The notes: a model not told the origin generated them from the letters alone. A stretch of DNA of 64,000 nucleotides from Octopus sinensis (GCF_006345805.1 NW_021832852.1:30952-94951); one strand, 5' to 3'; shown: positions 26,070-38,570, counted from the first letter of the stretch. Numbers and translations: made by a program.

Positions 26070-27991
26070 ATGACCTCAAATACAGCTGTGTTATTCTCTC
26101 GCATTCGCGAATTCATAAAAGATGATAAAAATTTAGAAAGGGTACCAAATCATATTTCCACTTGTCTTCAAAATATTTTTTTTGATACGGAACTTGAAAA
26201 AAAACTTTTTGACCTTTACGAAAAGGCTCCTCAATTTGACTGTCATCCATCAATTCCTTTCAATGGCCTTCGAAGTTATTTCTCTATTTTGGATAAGTCA
26301 ATCAAACCAATCTATGACATAACCGTCGAAATATCCACAGAAAAATACAACAGCAAAGCCCAAACAAATAATCTACGTCAGCACGTTGATATTCTAGAAC
26401 AGATGCTAAAACTGGCTGATGTGATGGACCTACTTGTGTCTCCAAATACAAGCAGCTCCAATCCTCGGCAAATGGAGCAAGTAATCGAAAAGATAAACCA
26501 AGTTGACCAAACTGTATTTTTTCGCTCAAAAATGGCATTTTTTGTAATATTGATTGATAATTTTCGAGTTTCCAAGTGCCTTCCACAAACCTTTAAATCT
26601 CTTGGCTTCATTTTTTGTGGCCTGTCGAGTCAAAAATACGGCGACGAAAGGTAATTTTTTATCAAGTATGTTCGACATTGCAAGATTGACCAACTCCGAC
26701 TATTTTCTCAGATCGAAATTTGTTTTTATTCATTTATTCACATAGATTGCTTTTTTTAATAATTTTGTGAACTTGCAGGCAGTTACTGATGTTTGGAATT
26801 TAACTGAAAAACCACTGTTTACTGTATTTCTAGTTCTTATTCAAGTTTTTTCTTAACAATTTGAATCGCCTTTCATTTAATAAATTGTTCGATGGTTTTC
26901 ATTCCCCAAAAATCAATGACCTATTTTTGATACACCCTCCTGAGGGGGATCCCGTGTCTGTCCGACTTATATCTTACAATGTTCTCTATTTGTTGTGATT
27001 TTATTAGTTTTTTGATAAAGAAAGTGTGTCGGAGAATATTTCTGACGATTTAATAATTCACTTCCATGGGGGAGGGTTCATCGCCCATACATCTGCCAGT
27101 CACTTGGTGGTCTCTTATTTCGTATTTATAGACATATTTGACTGCGTTAAGTCGAGCTACCAATTTGCCCATTCTTTCTGTTGACTACTCGCTTGCTCCA
27201 ACGGCTCCATTCCCAAAGGCGATTGATCAATGTTTCTATTCTTACAAATGGGCCCTTGAAAATCTTAAATTTCTTGGTATGTTAAATTATATTAATAAAT
27301 ATAGGCACTAGAGGTCGAAAAATTATTATGTTCGGTGATAGTGCGGGTGCGAATTTGGTGTTGACAGTTGCGGCTAAAACTATAATGGAAGGTCTACGTA
27401 AGCCAGATGTGCTTTTTTGGGCATATCCTTACTTTTCACTGTCATTGAATGCAACTCCTTCTCGTTTTCTCTCAGTTGTTGATTTTGTTGTCTCATTTTC
27501 GTCAAGTTATGCTGCTATTTCTGGTTCTTTTTATTGAAAATTTGGCAGCATATTTGAAGGTTGATATTCGTTCCGAAAACCAGCGAGTTCCTCAATTTTC
27601 TGGTTTTGATTCGGACACTATCGATTCCATGTTGTCCAAATACAATCTGGGGTATTGGATAGGCGACGTTGCATCCAAAATTCTGGACGAGGACATTAGA
27701 AACGACCCTTGGGTCTCTCCAGCTAATTTCAGTGATGAAATACTGAGGACATTGCCTCCTGTTAGAATATTTGTATTAAGCCCTAATAACCGAGAATAGG
27801 TGGGGAGTTATGACTCATTGTTGGATGATTCGATTTTTATGGCAAAGCGTCTTTATGATATTGGTCACAATGTTCAGCTTCGCGTCATTGACGGATTTCC
27901 TCATGGGTTTTTACACTTGTACGGAATTGCTGAAGAAATTGACACAGAAATCAAGATTGCGTTTGACAGTTTTTCGGAATTTACTAATTAA
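26070..27991 (+). CDS. LIPE: Hormone-sensitive lipase
   Basis: HSL_N-like FDCHPSIPFNGLRSY, HGGGF, VDYSLAP, GDSAGANL, YDSLLDDS and HGF motifs. Introns of 22-28 nt restore the frame. Confidence 0.92.
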
Positions 27992-28090
27992 CTATTTAAA
28001 AGTTTAATGTCTTCTAATAATTGCCTCAATTAATATTCATACCGAGTATTTTTTTAGTTGTTTGCCTGTTAAGCGATGAATTTCCGATTA

Positions 28091-29749
28091 CAGTCCGACC
28101 CCAAAATGGGGCAGACCCCAGGGGGGGGCACCCTCGGATTTTGGGGCACCCCCGCAATTTGGGGCACTTTATTCAAAAAGTACATTTTGGCAGAAAAAAA
28201 ATAAAAATCGATAAAAAATTATGGAATTTTTGGGGCACCATAAAATCATTTATAAGGAATTAAAAATAAAATAAAATTATAATAAATTAATTATTTTTTG
28301 TTTTATTTTCAATTTATATTTTTATTGTTGTGGTTATGGATTACGAAACTAAATTGAAGATTGCTAAAGAAATTTTGAAGAAAAATTTATCTGAGAGGCA
28401 ACTAATGAAAAAGTACAACACAAGTAAAGGAACAATATCAAGAATAAAACGAAATATTGTACCTTTCTTGCAACACGGCAATACTATTCTGAGGAATATG
28501 ACACATTAAAGCCGATAAAGATAAATTTGATGATCAAGTCTTTGAAATATTTCAAAGACTACGCGTAGATAAAATTCCGATTTCAGGCCCTATTTTGAAA
28601 AAAATTGCCTTAGTTACAGCTTCAAAAATTGGATTTACTTCTTTTAAAGCTTCTAATGGGTGGCTTGATAGATTTAAATTGCGGCATGAACTTCAATTCA
28701 AGTCAATATGTGGTGAAAAAGCTTCATGTGATTTATCTTATGTGAAAAATTATTTTGAAAAATATGACCAGAAAGTATTAAAATATGGACCTGAGAAATA
28801 TTTAATTGTGATGAAACTGCGCTTTTTATAAAAAGAACTCCTCAAAAATCATTTGTTGAACAAGGCGAACCGTGTTTTGGTTATAAACAAGGGAAAGAAA
28901 GACTCACTGTTCTTCTATGCTGCAGTTTAATCGGGGAAAAACTTAATCCATTGATTATTGGAAAATATAAAAAACCTCGGTGTCTAAAAAATTTTGATGT
29001 TCAAGATTTTGGGTTATTGTATTCATCTTCTCAAAATGCATGGATGACTGGAAAGACTTTTATGAGTTGGCTTACACTTATAAATGAATCGTTTTGCAAA
29101 AACAACAGAAAAATATTATTAATACTTGACAATGCGGGATGCCATAAAACTGCCGAATGTTCGAACATCGAATTTTTATTTTTGCCGAAAAATACAACGC
29201 CCTATTTACAACCTTTGGATATGGGAATAATCAAGATTTTTAAAGATTATTATTCCTCTTTCTTAATGGAATTTTTATGTTTTCAAGATTTCGAAAACGA
29301 TTTTACACATTCTATTGGTAAATTAAATTTGCGTCAGGTTATGATGCTAATTTCAAAAGGATGGGAGAAATAGATGCTAAAAGTATTGTTAATTGTTGGA
29401 AGAAATTGATGGAGAATGCGAAGACATGAACAATAATGTTTATGATACATATTCAGAAACCGAAAATAGTGAAAATGTCGTAGCAAAAACAAAAGATCTG
29501 CTTAACAATTTAGAAGAAAAAATTTCTAATGTGCCACCAAGTATGCTCCGAGATTTTTTTGATTTTCGGCTGAAATGACGAACAATATCAGACAAAACTC
29601 TACAAATAAAAAGAAAATAACTGAATATTTTAGTAAAAATGTTTTTTGATGTTTATTAATGGTTTAATTTTTAAAAAAATAACAAACCCCTGTTTTTGGG
29701 GCACCCCCGCATTTTGGGGCACTTGGTGCCCCATTGGGGGGTCGGACTG
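28091..29749 (+). mobile_element. Tigger/pogo DNA transposon, frameshifted transposase
   Basis: 23-bp TIRs CAGTCCGACCCCnnAATGGGGCA with TA TSDs. Transposase motifs KASNGWLDRFKLRH, NCDET, KERLTVLLC, DNAGCH and LQPLDMGII. The subterminal GGGGCACCCCCGCA motif occurs at both ends. Confidence 0.92.
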
Positions 29750-30109
29750 TATCTTATTTAATGCTGTCAAGATCAGAACTAATTTTCGGTTGGCTTAGCT
29801 ATCTTACTAGCAGGTATGTTGAATCGATGATTTTTGTCCATATTAACGGTAGCTAATTTTTTATAGATTGAGGCTATGACGATTCACAAATTTTTTTAAT
29901 AATGAAAATCTTGTCAACATGAATCAATTTTTTTTATATTGCATTTTTTAAAATATTATTTCTAGCATTAACGACAAACTTTCCAGGATCATTTGGCAGT
30001 TTTAATGTTGTTGAATTGCATAAAATGACATTGTTTATCTTAATAATAAAATGGTATGGTGTGTGTCTGTCTGTCTGTGTGTGCACACCAACTTCAAATT
30101 GGCAATACG

Positions 30110-32485
30110 ATGTCCTCGACTTACATGATGAGGTACTTAAAACCTTCCCCCCCAAAAAATTAAAAAAAAAATTTTCTGCATTTTGGTTAAAATGAACAAC
30201 TCTACAATGTCCTCGACTTACATGATGAAGTCCTTAAAACCTTCCCCCCCAAACAATTAAAAAAAATTTTCTGCATTTTGGTTAAAATGAACAACTACAA
30301 TGTCCTCGACTTACATGATGAAGTCCTTAAAACCTTCCCCCCAAAAAAAATTAAAAAAAAATTTTCTGCATTTTGGTTAAAATGAACAACTACAATGTCC
30401 TCGACTTACATGATGAAGTCCTTAAAACCTTCCCCCCAAAAAAAATTAAAAAAAAATTTTCTGCATTTTGGTTAAAATGAACAACTACAATGTCCTCGAC
30501 TTACATGATGAAGTCCTTAAAACCTTCCCCCCAAAAAATTAAAAAAAAATTTCTGCATTTGGTTAAAATGAACAACTACAATGTCCTCGACTTACATGAT
30601 GAGTCCTTAAAACCTTCCCCCCAAAAAAATTAAAAAAAAATTTCTGCATTTTGGTTAAAATGAACAACTACAATGTGCTCGACTTACATGATGAAGTCCT
30701 TAAAACCTTCCCCCCCAAAAAAATAAAAAAAAATTTTCTGCATTTTGGTTAAAATGAACAACTACAATGTCCTCGACTTACATGATGAAGTCCTTAAAAC
30801 CTTCCCCCCCAAAAAAATTAAAAAAAAATTTCTGCATTTTGGTTAAAATGAACAACTACAATGTCCTCGACTTACATGATGAAGTCCTTAAAACCTTCCC
30901 CCCAAAAAAATTAAAAAAAATTTTCTGCATTTTGGTTAAAATGAACAACTACAATGTCCTCGACTTACATGATGAAGTCTTAAAACCTTCCCCCCAAAAA
31001 AATAAAAAAAAATTTCTGCATTTTGGTTAAAATGAACAACTACAATGTCCTCGACTTACATGATGAAGTCCTTAAAACCTTCCCCCCAAAAAAATTAAAA
31101 AAAAATTTCTGCATTTTGGTTAAAATGAACAACTACAATGTCCTCGACTTACTGATGAAGTCCTTAAAACCTTCCCCCCAAAAAAATTAAAAAAAAATTT
31201 TCTGCATTTTGGTTAAAATGAACAACTACAATGTCCTCGACTTACATGATGAAGTCCTTAAAACCTTCCCCCCCAAAAAATTAAAAAAAAATTTTCTGCA
31301 TTTTGGTTAAAATGAACAACTACAATGTCCTCGACTTACATGATGAAGTCCTTAAAACCTTCCCCCCAAAAAAATTAAAAAAAAAATTTCTGCATTTTGG
31401 TTAAAATGAACAACTACAATGTCCTCGACTTACATGATGAAGTCCTTAAAACCTTCCCCCCCAAAAAAATTAAAAAAAATTTTCTGCATTTTGGTTAAAA
31501 TGAACAACTACAATGTCCTCGACTTACATGATGAAGTCCTTAAAACCTTCCCCCCAAAAAAATTAAAAAAAAATTTCTGCATTTTGGTTAAAATGAACAA
31601 CTACAATGTCCTCGACTTACATGATGAAGTCCTTAAAACCTTCCCCCCCAAAAAATTAAAAAAAATTTTCTGCATTTTGGTTAAAATGAACAACATACAA
31701 TGTCCTCGACTTACATGATGAAGTCCTTAAAACCTTCCCCCCCAAAAAAATTAAAAAAAAATTTTCTGCATTTTGGTTAAAATGAACAACTACAATGTCC
31801 TCGACTTACATGATGAAGTCCTTAAAACCTTCCCCCCAAAAAAATTAAAAAAAAATTTCTGCATTTTGGTTAAAATGAACAACTACAATGTCCTCGACTT
31901 ACATGATGAAGTCCTTAAAACCTTCCCCCCAAAAAATTAAAAAAAATTTCTGCATTTTGGTTAAAATGAACAACTACAATGTCCTCGACTTACATGATGA
32001 AGTCCTTAAAACCTTCCCCCCCAAAAAATTAAAAAAAAAATTTTCTGCATTTTGGTTAAAATGAACAACTACAATGTCCTCGACTTACATGATGAAGTCC
32101 TTAAAACCTTCCCCCCAAAAAAATTAAAAAAAAATTTTCTGCATTTTGGTTAAATGAACAACTACAATGTCCTCGACTTACATGATGAAGTCCTTAAAAC
32201 CTTCCCCCCAAAAAAATTAAAAAAAATTTTCTGCATTTTGGTTAAAATGAACAACTACAATGTCCTCGACTTACATGATGAAGTCCTTAAAACCTTCCCC
32301 CCAAAAAAAATTAAAAAAAATTTTCTGCATTTTGGTTAAAATGAACAACTACAATGTCCTCGACTTACATGATGAAGTCCTTAAAACCTTTCCCCCAAAA
32401 AATCAAAAAATTATTTTCTGCATTTTGATTAAAATGAACAACGCGAATGTCCTCGACATTCATGATGAGGTCCATTAAAACCTTC
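30110..32485 (+). repeat. 93-bp tandem array, about 25 units
   Basis: Unit AATGTCCTCGACTTACATGATGAAGTCCTTAAAACCTTCCCCCCAAAAAAATTAAAAAAAATTTTCTGCATTTTGGTTAAAATGAACAACTAC. I counted 26 GTCCTCGAC-type anchors. Variation is mostly in homopolymer length. Confidence 0.98.
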
Positions 32486-33225
32486 AAGGCAAAAATCTCA
32501 CGTATTAAGAATATCCTTGATGAAAACGACAGCGAGAATATTAACAATGATGAACTCCCAATTATTCGCGATAAAGAAATTCAATTCATCCTATGTTGTT
32601 CTCTTTAAAATTAAATGCATATATCATTAACGACCATGAATCAAAATTAAAGCTATTATCATAGAGTGTGCAATTAACAGATTTTGAAAAACCACTTTGA
32701 TAGTTGAAACCACATTAGCACAATCATTAACACAATTTACCACCAATTGACGCACGACCTTGAATAGAGTGTGCAATTAACAGATTTTGAAAAACACTTT
32801 GATAGTTGAAACCACATTAGGACAATCATTAACACAATTTACCACCCATTGACAGCGCAATCAGAAGAATTTGCGTAAAAATATTAACTATTTAGTTAAG
32901 TTTTTCGTAAAGATAGAATTTATTTTCGGTATGCCTCTTTTCCTAAACTTTTTTATTATTCAAAAATAATTTTTTAAATAGATAACCGAAGGAGGAAAAA
33001 CGAAGCTGAAGAAAAAACGGTCAGCTTAATAAGGTAATTAATTAAATCTTTTTTGTGTGTCGCTTTTTTGTGTGTCGCTTTCTTGCCTGCTGAATTTCCG
33101 CTTGCCGCATCTCCCCCTGCCCCATTTCCGCCAGTAAAAAACAAAAAAGAAAAAAAAGGAAATTACAAAGGAAAAATGAAAAAATTAAATATAAAAAAAA
33201 ATAAACCACAAAAAATGAAAAAAAA

Positions 33226-33414
33226 AGTTTGCAATGACAATAAACAAGGCCCAGGGACAGTCATTAAAGGTAGTTGGGTTATTTTTAGAGAGTGAGTGCT
33301 TTTCACATGGACAGCTGTATGTGGGATGCTCGAGGGTAGGCAGAAGAGAAAATTTATTCATATATGCCAAGGGGACGGACGACAAACATCGTTTATCAAC
33401 AGGCGATAGAATAG
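33226..33414 (+). pseudogene. Helitron helicase C-terminal fragment
   Basis: [26 protein letters not shown], then after a one-base shift [13 protein letters not shown], the natural Helitron RepHel C-terminus. Confidence 0.9.
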
Positions 33415-33659
33415 GGTTACATTAAACCAGGTAGTTTTATACATCTACATAAACTTATAGTTGTTTGATGAAACAGGCCCTTTGATGAAAGCAACAGCGA
33501 GAATAATAACAATGATGAACTCCCATTATTCGCGATAAAGAAATTCAATTCATCCTATGTTTTTCTCTTTAAAATTAAATGCATATATCATTATCGACCA
33601 TGAATCAAAATTAAAGCTATTATCATATTTGACTTTGACAGAATGTGCAATCACAGATA

Positions 33660-34055
33660 AACAGCTGTCCATGTGAAAAGCACTCACATACAGCTGTCCA
33701 TGTGAAAAGCACTCACTCTCTAAAAATAACCCAACTACCTTTAATGACTGTCCCTGGGCCTTGTTTATTGTCATTGCAAAACTCATCCTCAAAGGAAATT
33801 GCAGCCTTTTAAATCTAAATGGTAATTCATCAGAAATTATCGGAATTCGTGGAATATAAACATCCTCACCTCTATACTTACCTGTTAATATCGTCGCCTC
33901 TATTACGTTAGCCATCAAATTTTTGATAACTAACCTCGTTCCGTGCATAATTTAGGTGGCGCAAGATTCGTAATAAACCACTGGAACGCCTATCTTTAAC
34001 TTTAAAAGATGATTCGGCATTCCAGAGGGATCTAAGGAGTTTAAAAATTAAATCC
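33660..34055 (-). pseudogene. Helitron helicase fragment (motif V-VI region)
   Basis: [75 protein letters not shown]. Confidence 0.92.
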
Positions 34056-34981
34056 GGTTGAATTTTTAGAAAATAACAAAAAAAATAAAAAAAACAAATA
34101 ATTTAAAAACAAAAAAATAAAAAAAACAAAAAAAAAACTTTAAAAATTTGTAAAATAGTATAAACAAAAAAAATCTCTGCCGCCACGGCAACAACCTGTC
34201 TAATTTTTTTAACAGCCAATTAAGATAATGCTTAAGAGCCTTTATAGTCCGGAGATTTAGCTTAATGACCTTGATTAGACAAACCACTGGCGGAAATGGG
34301 GCAGGCGGAGATGCGGCAAGCAGAGTAGCAGCAGCCAAAAAAGCGACACACAAAAAAGATTTAATTAATTACCTTAAGCTGACCGTTTTTTCTTCAGCTT
34401 CGTTTTTCCTCCTTCGGTTATCTATTTAAAAAATTATTTTTGAATAATAAAAAATATTAGGAAAAAAGAGGCATACAGAAAATAAATTCTATCTTTACGA
34501 AAAACTTCTTTTCTTAAGGTCGTCTTCCCTCCTTCGGTTATCTATTGAAAAAATTATTTTTGAATAATAAAAAGTTTAGGAAAAGAGGCATACCGAAAAT
34601 AAATTCTATCTTTACGAAAAACTTAACTAAATAGTTAATATTTTTACGCAAATTCTTCTGATTGCGCTGTCAATTGGTGGTAAATTGTGTTAATGATTGT
34701 GCTAATGTGGTTTCAACTATCAAAGTGGTTTTTCTAAATCTGTTACTTGCACACTCTATTCAAAGTCGTGCAATCTGTGATTGCACATTCTGTCAAAGTC
34801 AAATATGATAATAGCTTTAATTTTGATTCATGGTCGATAATGATATATGCATTTAATTTTAAAGAGAAAAACATAGGATGAATTGAATTTCTTTATCGCG
34901 AATAATTGGGAGTTCATCATTGTTAATATTCTCGCTGTCGTTTTCATCAAGGATATTCTTAATACGTGAGATTTTTGCCTT

Positions 34982-35782
34982 GAAGGTTTTAATGGACCTC
35001 ATCATGAATGTCGAGGACATTCGCGTTGTTCATTTTAATCAAAATGCAGAAAATAATTTTTTGATTTTTTGGGGGAAAGGTTTTAAGGACTTCATCATGT
35101 AAGTCGAGGACATTGTAGTTGTTCATTTTAACCAAAATGCAGAAAATTTTTTTTTAATTTTTTTTGGGGGGGAAGGTTTTAAGGACTTCATCATGTAAGT
35201 TGAGGACATTGTAGTTGTTCATTTTAACCAAAATGCAGAAAATTTTTTTTTAATTTTTTTTGGGGGGGAAGGTTTTAAGGACTTCATCATGTAAGTCGAG
35301 GACATTGTAGTTGTTCATTCTAACCAAAATGCAGAAAATTTTTTTTTAATTTTTTTTGGGGGGGAAGGTTTTAAGGACTTCATCATGTAAGTCGAGGACA
35401 TTGTAGTTGTTCATTCTAACCAAAATGCAGAAAATTTTTTTTTAATTTTTTTTGGGGGGGAAGGTTTTAAGGACTTCATCATGTAAGTCGAGGACATTGT
35501 AGTTGTTCATTTTAACCAAAATGCAGAAAATTTTTTTTTAATTTTTTTGGGGGGGAAGGTTTTAAGGACTTCATCATGTAAGTCGAGGACATTGTAGTTG
35601 TTCATTTTACCAAAATGCAGAAAATTTTTTTTTAATTTTTTTGGGGGGGAAGGTTTTAAGGACTTCATCATGTAAGTCGAGGACATTGTAGTTGTTCATT
35701 TTAACCAAAATGCAGAAAATTTTTTTTTAATTTTTTTTGGGGGGGAAGGTTTTAAGGACCTCATCATGTAAGTCGAGGACAT
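34982..35782 (-). repeat. Inverted copy of the 93-bp tandem array, about 8 units
   Basis: Nine GTCGAGGAC-type anchors. It has the same diagnostic first and last variant units as the left array. Confidence 0.97.
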
Positions 35783-36082
35783 CGTATTGCCAATTTGAAG
35801 TTGGTGTGCACACACAGACAGACAGACACACAGACAGACAGACAGACACACACCATACCATTTTATTATTAAGAAATTATATTGTTTGAATGGTTTGTTT
35901 GTTTCTTTGAATTTGTCACATTTGATTAATAAGTACGTTTTTTTGATTTTAATATGATAAATTAAAAATTGATTCATTTATGAAAATGAATCCTTGAATT
36001 GTATTTGCAGCTTATGTTCTTTCAATGTATATTTAGAATGTTATTATGTTACAAATGATTTTTTAATAAAAGAATTTTAAAT

Positions 36083-36223
36083 CTCTAAACTGGTTACTCC
36101 TCTGGCCGGTTGCTGTCGAAACCCTGGGATTGATTGGAAAGGAGTCGTTGTGCTTCCTCAAGTGTATTGGACGTCTCAAGACCTTGAGAACACACAATCC
36201 TCTGGAGACGAGATGGCTCCTGC
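36083..36223 (+). mobile_element. Internal CRE-clade retrotransposon fragment flanked by a 12-bp direct repeat
   Basis: WPVAVETLGLIG..FLKCIG..NPLETRWLLQ. AGAATTTTAAAT at 36071-36082 and 36224-36235. Confidence 0.75.
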
Positions 36224-36603
36224 AGAATTTTAAATTAACTTGTGTTGATAAAACTATATTCAAATTTAACAGGATGTATTTAACTACCGATACTTGAATT
36301 TATATTAATTGTTATGTAACTATTCGATTATTATATAATAAATTTCATAACTTTCAGATTTTAAAGTCTTTCTGTTCAAATTTTATAAAATGGAACGAAA
36401 TAGGTAATTTTAGAATAAAAAAGACAATTGACAAAAACTAGACAATAAAATATTTACAGAAAAAGTATTAGTTGCAAGTTCTAACTAAAAAATTGTTTAG
36501 TTACTAAGTTAAATTTTTTGGTTAATTTTTTTTAGCTTTTAGGTCAATAAAGTTAGTTTTTGGTTAAAATTTTTATTTTTTAGCTTAATAGAATCGCCCT
36601 AGT

Positions 36604-37530
36604 TATTATAATTAATTTGAAGTTTAAAAATTGAATTTTTAGTGTTTAAAAAGAGGCTTTACCTTTTTATGCCCCGCAACCACTGAAGGCCGCTTTCAAC
36701 TTGACTGGTCGCATTTAAATGCTTTTTGCTGTGACATGTTTATAGAACACTATCCATATGGCCATGCGGCCACTTATTCTTTACTATTAAATTACAAGAA
36801 AAAAGCTAATCGATGTCAGTTTTAGTCTGCTAGAACATTTTAATTAATGTCAGTTTTAGTCTGTACCCACCATCCTCGGGAGGTAGACTGGCTATTGCAA
36901 CGGTTCTCGATCGCCGTTATCCGGGGGAACAGTTTGGCAATCCGCCAGGCTGTAGTTGTTTAAACCAAACAGTTAATGAATAAAGTATTCCTTGTGCTCT
37001 TTTGGATGGGTTTTCATAAAATCTGTTTTTAGCAACAATGACAATATCTTCAGCATAGAAAAAGAGTTCACTCTAGCATAAAGCTCTAAATAAATTAATA
37101 GAATTAAAACTAAAAAAAGAACAATACCGATTTTGTAAATATTATTATAAATTTGTTTAATAAATACGAAAAATCTGAATTGGAAATAAAACAGCTCATT
37201 TGCAAGAATTAACTAAAGATTGACGAATAAATTAAAATATTGTAGCAGACTAAAACTGTCAGTGATTAGCACTTTACTTGTAATTTAATAGTAAATAATA
37301 AGTGGCCGTATGGCCATATGGATAGAAATTCATAAACTCAAACGTACGTATCACAACAAAAACAACAAAAAGCATATAAATGCGACTACTCGATAACAAA
37401 GCGAGCTTCAGTGGTTGCGGGGCATTAAAAGGAAAAGCCTCATTTTTACACCAAAAAATTAAATTGACATGGAAAGTGTGCTGAAACAATTGAATCCTAT
37501 GTTTATTTTTCAAACTTCAAATCAATAATA
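36604..37530. repeat. Diverged inverted repeat (arms about 230-290 bp) around a spacer of about 400 bp
   Basis: 36604-36832 matches the reverse complement of 37243-37530, e.g. ATGCCCCGCAACCACTGAAG and CTATCCATATGGCCAT, with indels. Confidence 0.8.
36866..36990 (+). mobile_element. 3' tip of a CRE-clade retrotransposon
   Basis: HPREVDWLLQRFSIAVIRGNSLAIRQAVVV* is homologous to RERTRLFQRISIAILRGN at 62887. It is followed by AATAAA. Confidence 0.75.
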
Positions 37531-37599
37531 TTTAGTTTTTAAAATTTTTGACCGTTTGAGATTTTGAATTTCAGGTCAGTGAGAACGTAAACAATCTGA

Positions 37600-38385
37600 C
37601 AAATCTCTGATCTTTCGTTTTGAAAAAAGAAGGCTTGGGGAAACAGAACTTTTCCGACAAAACAGGACTGTCACTGTGTTCCTTTCAAAGACTATCCTGT
37701 GTTTCTTACAAACAAGGAGATGGCCCTTACAAAAAATCGAGTAATAGCTCTTTGAATGACTTGGTTGAAAAAAATGCTATCTTCGGCACTAAGACTTATC
37801 GCCTTACCTGCCACCCAGACATTATCTTTTCTAAGACCCTAGGGAAGCCTTTGAGGGACAATTCCTGGGTGTCCGAGAGCTCTACTCGCCATCCTAAGCC
37901 ATGGGCTAGCCGGATGGCTCGTCTTCTGACTTTCTTGAGCGCGTCAACGTACTTCTCCCGGTCCTCGCAGAAGAACGTAAACAATCAGAAGTGCCAGGCA
38001 TGTACGCCATAGGTCAACACGGGTAACACTATGGCGTTAAACACACGTAGCTAAGCACCTCTCCGCAGCCGGAAAGCACGCAACGCGCCTAATCGCTGCA
38101 TTGCACGCATTTTCGTACGTGCAATGTGATCATCAAACTTACCGGACGGCTTAAAGAGCACGCCCAAATAAGTCATCCGATCAACTGAGCAATTGCTGAC
38201 CCGTTCAGCAATAACCTAGGGGCGTAATTAGTGTAACCCCTCGTCCTTTTACAGACTTTGAGAACACTGCACTTGTCCGCACGCATCTTTAGACCCCTAC
38301 TCCCACACCAGTTTACAAGTCCATCCACAGCAACCTGTAGCCTACGACACGCACACTCAGGTTTCATGCTCAGTCACAATTTTAT
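37600..38385 (-). mobile_element. Decayed CR1/L2-like LINE 3' portion
   Basis: LQVAVDGLVNWC..LKMRADKCSVL, YLGVLF, VLPVLTYG..W and ALKKVRRRAIRL. Confidence 0.7.
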
Positions 38386-38394
38386 AAAATTTGA

Positions 38395-38570
38395 AATAAA
38401 TCAGGGTTTAATTGAACGCTTTAATCAAACATTGACACGAGCTATGCCAAAACTATTGGATAAAAAAAGAACTAAAAATTGGCAACAATTTTTAGACAAA
38501 GTTACTTTTTCCTATAATACGACACATTACTCGGCGATCAATGAGACCCTTTTCAAAAAGTTTGGGATTA
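38395..38570 (+). pseudogene. Retroviral-type integrase core fragment (Ginger/Gypsy-like)
   Basis: QGLIERFNQTL..NWQQFLDKVTFSYNTTHYSAI. Confidence 0.7.

Larger units (their letters stand above)
30038..35874. mobile_element. Quasi-palindromic Helitron-derived composite: two inward-facing 5' ends, satellite arrays and a central spacer with helicase fragments
   Basis: TCTTAATAATAAAATGGTATGGTGTGTGTCTG at 30038 (+) and at 35874 (-), a typical TC 5' end followed by a (CTGT)n tract. Arms are 30038-33135 and 34286-35874. PIF1-type helicase fragments lie between them. Confidence 0.85.

Noticed and set aside
30767-32478. ORFs predicted inside the satellite as a real repeat protein
   Set aside because: The frame shifts with every homopolymer change, there is no start codon inside the element, and the last unit has a stop. 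The ORFs were kept only as evidence of origin.
30110-32485. CRISPR array or telomeric C4A4-like repeat
   Set aside because: The units are identical end to end with no unique spacers, there are no cas genes and the context is eukaryotic. The CnAn tract is embedded in a 93-bp unit, not a simple telomeric repeat.
30038-35874. Simple fold-back read chimera
   Set aside because: The arms differ in array copy number and carry different private duplications, which a single-molecule fold-back would not create. Read-level confirmation is still needed.
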